This document shows positions 46,479 to 55,200 of a DNA stretch of 64,000 nucleotides, piece after piece; the first letter of the stretch is position 1; each line of letters opens with the position of its first letter. The stretch covers positions 124,001 through 188,000 of the IMG/VR virus record IMGVR_UViG_3300017991_000048; one strand, given 5' to 3'. The notes beneath the pieces were generated by a model. It saw nothing but the letters and a program-made list of their open reading frames with translations, ran no database searches and was not told where the DNA came from. The translations under genes were made by a program, and so were the position numbers.

Positions 46479-47519
46479 CTATCTCATCTGGGCTTCAGCG
46501 GCTTTCAGAATCTCAACAGCGTCTTCCGGTAGGTCTTTCATATACTCTACCAGCCAGCCGATGATCTTCTTCCCGTTTCTAATCCGGGTGAGCATCTTCT
46601 TAGACCCTCTGTAGTGGTAACGGCCAAAAATGAGTCGCAGAAGTTCCTGACCTCCGAAACGGGCACGGTTGAACTTATCGTAATCTCTGTCGGAAAGCGT
46701 GTATGCGCGGCCATTCAAAATAAGGTCCAACTCTGGCTTGTCATAACTACCACCGATTTCCAGTTGGACAGTTTGCTTACGTCCAGCAACAGAGGGGTCC
46801 GTTCCTGAGACTTGACCGCTGTTTACGAGCCAGTGTTTGATAGACGTGGGCGAACCAGAAGGCTCTCGCTCTCCGAGTCTCCACCCTTTGGCGTCCAACA
46901 CCTTGGAATTGAACCGGCCTTTGAATCCCAGAGCCTTGAGAGCCTTGACTACATTACCATACAACCATCTCGGCTGTACCCCTTCATCCTTTTTAATAGG
47001 TATTTCTATGGACTTCACGGTCCATATGTTCTCATCGTGAGTACCACCTATGAAATAGTCGTGCCTTGTGTAATGACGTGCGGCCACAAAAACGTGCTCT
47101 CTGTCCGTTCTGCCGTAGGCTACAAAGTTAGAATCTCCCTGACTGGACTCGTCTGAACTCCAGCGAGGACCGTACTGTCTTGGAGTGACAAAAAACCACT
47201 CGACCCCGCCTGGAATCCCTGCTCTGGATTCCGCTTGGTCAAATGTAACCTCCGTCTTCTTCGGGGGTTCCCATTTCCTTACCGGGGTATCTCGTCTGTC
47301 ATAACTGGGACGGGCTTTACCCTCCAAGATGTCCTTGGCAACGTTAACTTCTTCCATCTCTCTGTCAGTCCCGCCTACATCCGGGTGTAGCTTTAGCGCT
47401 TTTTGACGGTAAGCCTCTTTAATCTCTCTGGGGCTTGGATCACTGTCAGGCGGAAAGCCAAGCTTTTCCTTGGCTTCGGACATTGACATGGCGGCTAATA
47501 AGAAGGCGTAACGGTCCAT
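46479..47519 (-). CDS. J-domain (DnaJ-like) protein with large C-terminal domain
   Basis: EAKEKLGF...EIKEAYRQKALKLHPDVGG...MEEVNVAKDIL; probable start ATG 47519. Confidence 0.8.
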   Translation of the reverse strand: MDRYAFLLAAMSMSEAKEKLGFPPDSDPSPREIKEAYRQKALKLHPDVGGTDREMEEVNVAKDILEGKARPSYDRRDTPVRKWEPPKKTEVTFDQAESRAGIPGGVEWFFVTPRQYGPRWSSDESSQGDSNFVAYGRTDREHVFVAARHYTRHDYFIGGTHDENIWTVKSIEIPIKKDEGVQPRWLYGNVVKALKALGFKGRFNSKVLDAKGWRLGEREPSGSPTSIKHWLVNSGQVSGTDPSVAGRKQTVQLEIGGSYDKPELDLILNGRAYTLSDRDYDKFNRARFGGQELLRLIFGRYHYRGSKKMLTRIRNGKKIIGWLVEYMKDLPEDAVEILKAAEAQMR

Positions 47520-47523
47520 ATTA

Positions 47524-47964
47524 CTAACTGCAAATAATAAGAGACTTAACTTTGGGCGGCTGGCGCTTTTTCCGCTCCATAATGGTAACACTGGCAGTTC
47601 TGATACCCATCCGACCTTTGACCGTATCAATGGCTTCTTCAGGGTCATACTTCCCACAGGAAAATATGTCCATACTAAAGAACGACTGAAGAGGCCATGC
47701 GTGGAGACTGATATGGCTTTTCGTAATAACACAAAAAGCTGTCAAGCCACCTTCGTCATGGAACTCGCCAGTTTCTTCCGATTTACGTAATATCTCCGGA
47801 TCGATTGGGACTTCATAAAAACGTGGGCGAGCCAAGAACTCCGATTTCAGAATCTGGACCAGATCATCGAAAAGGATGTATAAAGTATCCTCATTAAAGA
47901 CATCAACATCTCTCACAAAGGCGTCAATTGTGACATGCGTTCCCGCGCTCTCGATCATCTTCAA
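47524..47964 (-). CDS. speD: S-adenosylmethionine decarboxylase proenzyme (class 1b fold)
   Basis: GTHVTID, GGLTAFCVITKSHISLHAWP...MDIFSCG. Confidence 0.8.
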   Translation of the reverse strand: MKMIESAGTHVTIDAFVRDVDVFNEDTLYILFDDLVQILKSEFLARPRFYEVPIDPEILRKSEETGEFHDEGGLTAFCVITKSHISLHAWPLQSFFSMDIFSCGKYDPEEAIDTVKGRMGIRTASVTIMERKKRQPPKVKSLIICS

Positions 47965-48115
47965 ATCTCTTACGTCTGTAATCTAGGTATTCACAGGTGC
48001 AGGCATAAGTGAATCCACACACCCAGAAAACGGCGAAACAAGTGAGTATTACCCACGCTGTTATATTAAGGATCTCTACCACTATGGCCTCAGAAAGCGA
48101 AGTAAACCGCCACAA
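47924..48115 (-). CDS. small single-TM protein
   Basis: Hydrophobic ITAWVILTCFAVFWVCGF; start uncertain. Confidence 0.35.
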   Translation of the reverse strand: MWRFTSLSEAIVVEILNITAWVILTCFAVFWVCGFTYACTCEYLDYRRKRFEDDRERGNACHN

Positions 48116-48743
48116 AGGGATTAGAGCGCCATGCGGTCCAGGTAAGGCTATACCCGGCGTACAGGCCGAAGTTGGTGGTCAGATCAGCAGCCAGACCAGC
48201 CCCTAAGGACCTGACTCCGACATAGGCATTCAGGTTTGCCCAATGGAAGTAGAACAACTCCATCAGAAGTCCACCATCTAATACTTCCTGGAACTCCTTG
48301 GCCTGGAAAGCATCGGCCACTAGAAAGCCAAATACAGCCTTTATCCTGAGTCGGAAACCGGCTTTTGGTTCCACACGTTGTGCTACTTGTAGTTCTATGT
48401 CGGATTTGGCTGTGATTTGGTAATTGCACCAATTTATCTGCAACTCATAAGGCTTCGGGCCAGACCCGGAACCGTAGACCCGCCCTTTTCGGTCAACCAT
48501 GATCTTGACGGAATCGGACGTGACTTTAGGAGCTTCATCCATCCGACATTTGTGTTGCTTCAAGAGCTTGAGGAACAAGTCCAAATCTTCAGTTTTTACA
48601 CAGGTGCCGCCTGGACAAGATGCCGGTCCTGTGGATGCCATAGGTGGTTCCACGGTCACTGTAGACTCTTCCACAGTTGGAACGGGCTTGGCATTCGCAG
48701 TGGTGGTCACGAAAAGCAATAGAAATGGCAAAAACAGACGCAT
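48090..48743 (-). CDS. exported protein with C-terminal beta-strands (outer-membrane-like); possible lysis accessory
   Basis: Signal peptide ..TTTANA; alternating hydrophobic strands ending VAVYFAF. Confidence 0.5.
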   Translation of the reverse strand: MRLFLPFLLLFVTTTANAKPVPTVEESTVTVEPPMASTGPASCPGGTCVKTEDLDLFLKLLKQHKCRMDEAPKVTSDSVKIMVDRKGRVYGSGSGPKPYELQINWCNYQITAKSDIELQVAQRVEPKAGFRLRIKAVFGFLVADAFQAKEFQEVLDGGLLMELFYFHWANLNAYVGVRSLGAGLAADLTTNFGLYAGYSLTWTAWRSNPFVAVYFAF

Positions 48744-48758
48744 TATGTTCCTTGAGTC

Positions 48759-49412
48759 TTACGGCATATCATTAAATTTTTGCTTGTACTCTTGCCTGAT
48801 CTCGTCAGTTATCTCATCAAACTCGCTATTAGTAGCCTTGGTCAGATTTCTAAGTAGATCTATTACCTTAGTCCCACGACTACAAACGTTAGACATATCT
48901 GACAGTATATCGTCCTCACCCTTTACAACCTGCTGTAAAGTATCCACATTGACAGACAACACTGCTAGACCATTGGAAAGCTCATGCACAATTAGACGAG
49001 TCAGTTCTTTACATATATCTACACGTTTTATCTGTTCCTGTTGGGCAAAAATCATCTTCTCAGCTTCGACCAAAGCCTTGTCGGAGGTAATATCTCTAGC
49101 CAAGATCAGTACTTTGCCATCACCCAGAGAACTGACAGTGCTTTGGTATATTCGCTTCTTTCCTTCCGCATCAACCCTGGAAGTTTCGTATTTGGTAATA
49201 GACCCGTTTTTGGCTTGTCGAATAGAGGTACTCATTATACCTCTATGCTCATCTTCCATCCAATCCATAGCGGATGTACCAATCACTTCTTCCCTGGTCG
49301 TATTTATTCCCTCTTCAAGAAGATTGATGTACTCAATCTTCCCGTCGTTGTCTGTTATTATTACCATCTCAGGGATGCTGTCTAAGACACGTTCCCAGTT
49401 TTCGTCAGACAT
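48759..49412 (-). CDS. PAS + HisKA-like protein lacking the HATPase domain
   Basis: VLDSIPEMVIITDNDGKIEYIN...EEVIG...RDITS.K..E (PAS), then LIVHELSNGLAVL (H-box), then stop. Confidence 0.75.
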   Translation of the reverse strand: MSDENWERVLDSIPEMVIITDNDGKIEYINLLEEGINTTREEVIGTSAMDWMEDEHRGIMSTSIRQAKNGSITKYETSRVDAEGKKRIYQSTVSSLGDGKVLILARDITSDKALVEAEKMIFAQQEQIKRVDICKELTRLIVHELSNGLAVLSVNVDTLQQVVKGEDDILSDMSNVCSRGTKVIDLLRNLTKATNSEFDEITDEIRQEYKQKFNDMP

Positions 49413-49420
49413 TATAAACC

Positions 49421-49993
49421 TTAATTATATTTGTTGAGCAAGGCGTCGATCTCTTCGGCTTCGATACCGGAAGTGTCTTTGACCGTAACGGCAAATTTCT
49501 TGGGCTTTACCACTATAACTTTGTCAACATCCTTGGCTTTTACACCGGTAGGTAGTTTGACCTTTACAGACTTATCTTCACCAGGAGGGGTGAACTCAAC
49601 CACGTCAGGATTCGAGAAAATGCCCGGTTTCTTAATCGGCACAACCACAGCCTGAGTGTTTCCCTCAGAATCAGCTTCACCCGGTTTGATAATCTTGCCA
49701 TCTTTGTCTACCCGGTCCTCAGGCACCGTATTGGCTGTATCTATTGCATTGTCGTCAGGGTCTTTTTTACCGAACAACCGCCCCAGGATTCCACCTACCT
49801 GTATGTTTTTGAACCCAAATATTATCAGAAGGACGGCTACCGCTACTACAATTAAAGCCACGCCAGGGGCCACAAAAACCTTAGCCAACCACTTGCCGAT
49901 ATCTATGGTTTTAGCCTTTACCGTCTGCCAGAACGTAGGTTTCTCCTCTGGCTTCGGTAGCGGAGGTGGCTCCGCTTTAGGTGTGTCGCACAT
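49421..49993 (-). CDS. single-TM membrane protein (spanin-like position)
   Basis: One long TM (GVALIVVAVAVLLIIFGF) followed by a soluble domain; follows the holin-like gene. Confidence 0.5.
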   Translation of the reverse strand: MCDTPKAEPPPLPKPEEKPTFWQTVKAKTIDIGKWLAKVFVAPGVALIVVAVAVLLIIFGFKNIQVGGILGRLFGKKDPDDNAIDTANTVPEDRVDKDGKIIKPGEADSEGNTQAVVVPIKKPGIFSNPDVVEFTPPGEDKSVKVKLPTGVKAKDVDKVIVVKPKKFAVTVKDTSGIEAEEIDALLNKYN

Positions 49994-50394
49994 TAGTCAT
50001 TACCGTTGGGCGTAAGATCCTTGGGATCAACACCAAGCTTCTTAGCAAAACCCATGCGTAACCCCTTGTAAAGCATGCCGCTGAACCAGCCGATAACGCT
50101 GCCAAAAAGACAACGAGCCGCTGTCGTTTTGAGGTCTTCCCCAAAAATGAACGGCATATCGATCAGCCCTGACAGCGCTCCAGTGACCACGGGGATAAGG
50201 TAAAGGATGAACTTGTTCCACCATCTGGCGAACGGAGTCTCATAGGTTGCATCCTTATGATTTTCGTCAGCTTTTTTCGCCAGAGAAGGTCTGGCTGTCT
50301 CTACGGCTCGACGGATAAACCATGTCACGATGTAACACGCCAGTGCCAGAATCACCGCACCGGTTGATATAAACTGTTGTACTATTTCATCCAT
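49993..50394 (-). CDS. putative holin
   Basis: 133 aa, three hydrophobic segments, charged C-terminus; follows the virion gene block. Confidence 0.5.
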   Translation of the reverse strand: MDEIVQQFISTGAVILALACYIVTWFIRRAVETARPSLAKKADENHKDATYETPFARWWNKFILYLIPVVTGALSGLIDMPFIFGEDLKTTAARCLFGSVIGWFSGMLYKGLRMGFAKKLGVDPKDLTPNGND

Positions 50395-50396
50395 CT

Positions 50397-50678
50397 TTAA
50401 CTCCCCTCGATTGTTGCTTTAGTCAGTTCTTTCACCTTTTCAATAAGCGCTGGATTCACCGCTTCTGAGACAGGCGGTAGCTTCCCGAAAGAAGGACGTT
50501 CAGCAGCCCCTCTTTCCCACAGGTCTATCTTTTTGAGTTGGTTGTGAAGCTGTTGAATCTGTTCAGGCGCAAGATCGGGGTTTGATAAAGACGCCTGAAT
50601 GCGATCCTTGACAGCTTTCGCGCCTTTCTTCCGTTGTTCCGGAGAAAGATCTAAATAACTCATGCGAATAACCGACAT
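50397..50678 (-). CDS. hypothetical protein
   Basis: 93-aa ORF in operon. Confidence 0.5.
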   Translation of the reverse strand: MSVIRMSYLDLSPEQRKKGAKAVKDRIQASLSNPDLAPEQIQQLHNQLKKIDLWERGAAERPSFGKLPPVSEAVNPALIEKVKELTKATIEGS

Positions 50679-50682
50679 AAAA

Positions 50683-53600
50683 CTAAACCTTTCTAGCTAA
50701 CTGGATCGTGGACGGATCGATAAGCATCTTGACATTATTACTTACCATCGGGTGTCCCTCGATACGGTACAGATCCGCTGCTGAGTATCCTTCACCATCA
50801 CCATTGGTTCCGATGAGAATGGTGGAAGGGTCATTCGCAACTGAAGGAGGTCGCGTTACATTTGTTATCACCAACAACATTAGCTCATCGCCAGCCGATA
50901 CCTCATTGGAACCGACATTCGTAACAGTGTTACGGACTAACATGGCTCTACCTTGTATTGCGTTTACATTGGTTGAAACCACGTTACTCATTGCGTTTTG
51001 CAATGAAACAGAGCCGCCAGGATGAGGCCCAGAAGCTGTAAACACAGAGCCGCCCCGGAGCACACGGAAGTTGGTTAGCAGCGAGTAGTTGCCCTGCTCC
51101 CCGTCCACATGAACCAGAACATCACCAGGATCTCCGATCCCTGAAGACGCTGTGCTCAGATTGACTTCATCTTGCTCTATTTGGCTATCAGCCGCCAATC
51201 CTGTCGAGCTACCGCTTCCCACAACATCCTCAAGTACCAGTGTTGCAGGCATCAAAGACGAGTGGATTTTACCGCGAAAATCTTTGTCACGCCAAAGCGC
51301 TCCCAAAGGTAGCCGTTCAGAACAGCCAAGATACTCCGTTCCGATGTTAAGAGCGTCACCAGAAACAAAGTTCTTGGGCAGCGACTTGGGCCTGTCAGCA
51401 ATTGCTGTGCTTGGCGGGTAGACCGTGGGGTCTTCATAAGCCACATTGGTGAAGGTGCCCAACTCTCCAGGCAGTGCAGCGTAGGAAGCATCCCCGGAAT
51501 ACCGTCCGGTGCCAAGGGTTGTGGAAAACCCTACAGACGCCAGTATTTCTAACACCTTCTCATTGGGCCGCGTGAGGGTATCATAATCCAAGTCTGTAGA
51601 ATCAATCTCATACGCTGTGCCTGACGTTAACGGCCCCGGCGCATAAGGTATGTCAATGTAACTCGTCTGACTGCCCCAAGCGTCTCCTTGGTACGGAGTC
51701 CGAGAGTAATTGATCAGGATCTGATCCGATTGCTCAGCAGGCCCCGGCAAAACACAAGTAGGCAACGGAACCACCTTATTAATGTTATCTTCGCGGTTCG
51801 GGTTGGTCTGAGGATCAGTGCCGTCTCCAACAAGATTCCAACCATTGAGATTTCCCGGACGGGTCATCACCAAACGAAATTCTGAGTCTAGGTCAAACGA
51901 GCCACGATCAAACCCAAAGATCACCGCTTCGACAACATATTCTCCCGACTGGAAATCAGCGATCGGCACGGGAGATTTTGTAATATCGATTGCATTCGCA
52001 TTAAGAATGAACGTCGAGTCTCCGTCGTCATCGATTTCAACCCATAAAGGTGGACCGTCCGACTGAGGCACTGATTGGCGAAGTAAATTTACAGCCGTAC
52101 CCGTGCCGCCCGTGTCACGTTGTAAAGTAAATGGGCTGTCATTGGTTGTGTAATCAGAGGCTTCATACACGCCGAAAATCCGAGCGACCCCATAAAACGG
52201 CGGGAACTCCAACCCCTCCCGATCATAACCTCGCGTGTCGGTAAAGAATCGAATACCACACCAATCGTTACCCCCGATGCCAGTCCCGATAGTATTATAT
52301 GGAATAGGCGTGGAAGCATTGTCCACCTGACTGAAGATAGAATACTCTCTTGTGCCGCCTGCATTTCCGTTAAAATAAGCAGCATATGTAAACTGTTCAG
52401 CCGTTGGCGTACCGGGAAGACTTCTGATCATAAAGTCGATGCCACTTGCAAACGTTGTAGTTCCAACGGTACGAATTGGAACCTGTACTTCTCCCCACCC
52501 CGGCATTAGATGACGAGGTAAGGACACATAAATGTTCTTCTGTGTCGCGATGCTGTGAGTTTCACCACAGAACAAGCCCAAAGGATCAGTAGTTGCCCAC
52601 TTTGGAGTTACGCCATCCGGTTCGAAGAGAGGCATAACTCCTTGCGCGTCGTGGACTGTATACGAAACAGCAACCCCTGCTTGAGCGCGGATAGGACGAT
52701 CCAACGTGTAAGCCGTTGGAGCCACAGATAGAATTGTATACCGACCGGCACCCGGCCCTGACGGAATAACTAAAGCGTCTCCCCCGGCAGCGGGGGCTGT
52801 CCCACTACCGTCATTCAGGATGGGATCATTGAGTCCGTTAGTAACTCCTGTAGCGCTGGTCTTTTTCGCAGTTGGGACAGGGTTCGCAGCGTCTCCATCA
52901 ACTGTTAACGGACCTGTGAAATCCAAACGGCGGAAAGGAGTGACTAAAACAGTCTTGCTTCCAAGGTCTGCGTACATCTCAGAAGTCACAGGAAGCAGGT
53001 TGTTGAATGTGGCCGAGCGGTACTTGCTCCATAAAGGAGCCCAGGCCACTCTTGCCCCTAAATTACTAGAAGGAGCACCCCACTGTTGGGTGAGTATGTC
53101 TGCTCCTGGATTAAGATATGAAATCGAATGCAGCGAATCAGGTCGGCGGGACAAGCCGCGTCCCGGACCATACACCGCGTGAACCTTAATATGCAAATAA
53201 GTTGGGGCGGCAGTTGTCGTGGTTTGTGTTGGAAAGTCTGGACCCAATGTAATGGTCAAATCATCATTTGGACCTGGAACTGCGGGGGTTACCGTGTACA
53301 TCGAAGGCGGCAAATCGCCTGTCTCACCGTCAAGCCGAAGAGACACAGACCCAGACAAACTGTCATATAGCCATCGTACCTGATCTGTTGCTCCAGCCTG
53401 AAACCCCGTCTTGAGCTGGTTTACGGGGATTACAATTATGTCACCGCTTTGAAAGGCGTTAGCCGCCTGTTGGTTTATCGTTTGAACTGTCAAACCAAGG
53501 GACCAATTTACGTCAATGTCAACACCGGGACCAGGAGGTACGATACCGGTACTTGGTTCAACCACGCACTCAATAGGCTGAAGAGTAGCCGCGTCTGAAA

Positions 53601-55038
53601 ACACCATACGAATGTTGTCCGGTGCATCTAACTGAGTGACGCCCAGAGACACCGCAGCCGACTGAATCGCATCTTGATAATGGACAAAAGAGCCTTGAGG
53701 ACCAGCACCAGTGCGCTTCCAGTTAGCTCTAAGCTGCCCACGCAGAAGCTTGTCGAGGTTGTTTCTAAGAAGCGCCGTATAATCCATACCGTTAGGATTA
53801 ACCAAATGCCTAAGGTCTAAGATATCCGTATTGGCAACCTGATCTGCATACAACCCATCTGGACGACCTGACACCACTGTAATCACGGACCCTGCCGTAT
53901 GTGCTTCCGCGAGAGTTCCGTTAGCACCACGAGTTATGCCACTTATAGTGGTTCCCGTGATTGAGGTATAGGTCATAATCTCGTCGTTGATCTTGATCGT
54001 AACCGCTGTTGCGGGTGTGGTGGGCAACGGTATATCGGTTGCCGACACAAGGGTTGCCGACGTGTCAGAATCCGTCATCGCGGCGTCTAACGTAGGAACT
54101 GTCGAAAAAGTGGCGACCCCTGTGCGATCGACCGCTGTAGGATTTCGGTCAAAACTGCCATTAAGATTCTGAGAAGGGGTGCCATTCCATACGACTGTAT
54201 TACGACGGAAAACAACACAGATAGGAACGGCGTAAGAATAACCATCCACAGTGCCCAGATCATTCTGACTACCATCACCGGCTCTCCATAGCCCTGGATC
54301 ACCAAGTGTCTCTCTCATGTTCTCAAAAACATAAGCGGTAGGAGCAGAAGCCGCACCCTGAGCCTTAACAACAACAGGATCAAACCCATCGGGATTTGTT
54401 GTCAACCCTACTAACCCTTTGACAACACGAATGCGATATTGAATCTGAACTCTTTGCTCAGTCTCAAACCCCAACGCCGGGTCAATAAGGTCGTCAGATA
54501 GGAAGCTGTAACCACCTTCGACATTCCCATACTTATAAATAGCGCTCGCAGATGGCTTATTAGTAGTAGACGGGTCAGGTTGAATCCGAGCTTTCCAAAC
54601 TTCCAGGAAAGCAAAGTCGATACGGAAATCCCCTGAATTCTCCGGAGGTGGGTCCAGAGCTATGACATTAGTCGTATCGGTATCATCAGGTGACCCCGGA
54701 GGTGTTCCCGTCCGAGTCCCTGTAACCGGAATAAGCCATCCATTGACGTTAGCCCACATGATGGACTTCTGCTCGCCGGTTCTTTGTGGGCCAAACTTAA
54801 ACCAATTTGACCAGATGGAACTTGTAAGAAAGTCGGCCTGCGGGTTGGTTTCATTACCCAAGAATCCTGAAGGCATGTCACGCAAAAGAGCCGCCTGTAC
54901 GGACCTACCCGCCAACTGTTGCATTAGATTCAATGCTGCGTCAGTCGGTGGCTTCCCTTCTTGCCAAATAGCGAGTTGGTACGCCGTTTCATCAGCCAAA
55001 AGAACTCTGGATACCCCGGAACCAAAATTGTCTGTCAT
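50683..55038 (-). CDS. large virion structural protein (tail/baseplate-associated)
   Basis: 1451 aa, G/T/P/D-rich beta-type composition; N-terminal WQEGKPP.DA.LN..Q and DFAFLEVW pattern, plus TIKINDEIMTY..RGANGT.A.AH.AG module seen in tail proteins. Confidence 0.65.
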   Translation of the reverse strand: MTDNFGSGVSRVLLADETAYQLAIWQEGKPPTDAALNLMQQLAGRSVQAALLRDMPSGFLGNETNPQADFLTSSIWSNWFKFGPQRTGEQKSIMWANVNGWLIPVTGTRTGTPPGSPDDTDTTNVIALDPPPENSGDFRIDFAFLEVWKARIQPDPSTTNKPSASAIYKYGNVEGGYSFLSDDLIDPALGFETEQRVQIQYRIRVVKGLVGLTTNPDGFDPVVVKAQGAASAPTAYVFENMRETLGDPGLWRAGDGSQNDLGTVDGYSYAVPICVVFRRNTVVWNGTPSQNLNGSFDRNPTAVDRTGVATFSTVPTLDAAMTDSDTSATLVSATDIPLPTTPATAVTIKINDEIMTYTSITGTTISGITRGANGTLAEAHTAGSVITVVSGRPDGLYADQVANTDILDLRHLVNPNGMDYTALLRNNLDKLLRGQLRANWKRTGAGPQGSFVHYQDAIQSAAVSLGVTQLDAPDNIRMVFSDAATLQPIECVVEPSTGIVPPGPGVDIDVNWSLGLTVQTINQQAANAFQSGDIIVIPVNQLKTGFQAGATDQVRWLYDSLSGSVSLRLDGETGDLPPSMYTVTPAVPGPNDDLTITLGPDFPTQTTTTAAPTYLHIKVHAVYGPGRGLSRRPDSLHSISYLNPGADILTQQWGAPSSNLGARVAWAPLWSKYRSATFNNLLPVTSEMYADLGSKTVLVTPFRRLDFTGPLTVDGDAANPVPTAKKTSATGVTNGLNDPILNDGSGTAPAAGGDALVIPSGPGAGRYTILSVAPTAYTLDRPIRAQAGVAVSYTVHDAQGVMPLFEPDGVTPKWATTDPLGLFCGETHSIATQKNIYVSLPRHLMPGWGEVQVPIRTVGTTTFASGIDFMIRSLPGTPTAEQFTYAAYFNGNAGGTREYSIFSQVDNASTPIPYNTIGTGIGGNDWCGIRFFTDTRGYDREGLEFPPFYGVARIFGVYEASDYTTNDSPFTLQRDTGGTGTAVNLLRQSVPQSDGPPLWVEIDDDGDSTFILNANAIDITKSPVPIADFQSGEYVVEAVIFGFDRGSFDLDSEFRLVMTRPGNLNGWNLVGDGTDPQTNPNREDNINKVVPLPTCVLPGPAEQSDQILINYSRTPYQGDAWGSQTSYIDIPYAPGPLTSGTAYEIDSTDLDYDTLTRPNEKVLEILASVGFSTTLGTGRYSGDASYAALPGELGTFTNVAYEDPTVYPPSTAIADRPKSLPKNFVSGDALNIGTEYLGCSERLPLGALWRDKDFRGKIHSSLMPATLVLEDVVGSGSSTGLAADSQIEQDEVNLSTASSGIGDPGDVLVHVDGEQGNYSLLTNFRVLRGGSVFTASGPHPGGSVSLQNAMSNVVSTNVNAIQGRAMLVRNTVTNVGSNEVSAGDELMLLVITNVTRPPSVANDPSTILIGTNGDGEGYSAADLYRIEGHPMVSNNVKMLIDPSTIQLARKV

Positions 55039-55185
55039 ATCTTTTACCTTCTGATTTAATCCTGACGAAAGCCTGTCGAAAGGGTTAAATTATAGGGACT
55101 TTCGCAATAGGGGTTGTGCTCCTGGTACACCAACCTCAAAAGTGTTATTTAAAAAGGGGGAAATTCTAGAGTTTTTACCCCTCTC

Positions 55186-55196
55186 AAGTGTAATAT
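55186..55196 (+). promoter_or_regulatory. putative phage promoter AAGTGTAATAT
   Basis: 4 nt before ATG 55201, no SD. Confidence 0.55.
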
Positions 55197-55200
55197 CTTC

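Noticed and set aside
47520-47732. N-terminal extension of the J-domain ORF given by the track (start 47732); similar extensions at 12477, 14982, 25849, 28516 and 31173
   Set aside because: The extensions overlap neighbouring genes or promoter motifs; downstream ATG/GTG starts have an SD, a stop-start overlap, or place the shared tag at the N-terminus.
48499-49437. 312-aa plus-strand ORF
   Set aside because: Antisense to the PAS-HisKA and exported-protein genes, Ser-rich shadow composition, no SD or domain motif.
55062-55081. CTGACGA...GAAA resembling a hammerhead ribozyme core in the 55039-55200 intergenic region
   Set aside because: The 9 nt between the two boxes (AAGCCTGTC) cannot form stem II, and no stems I/III are evident.
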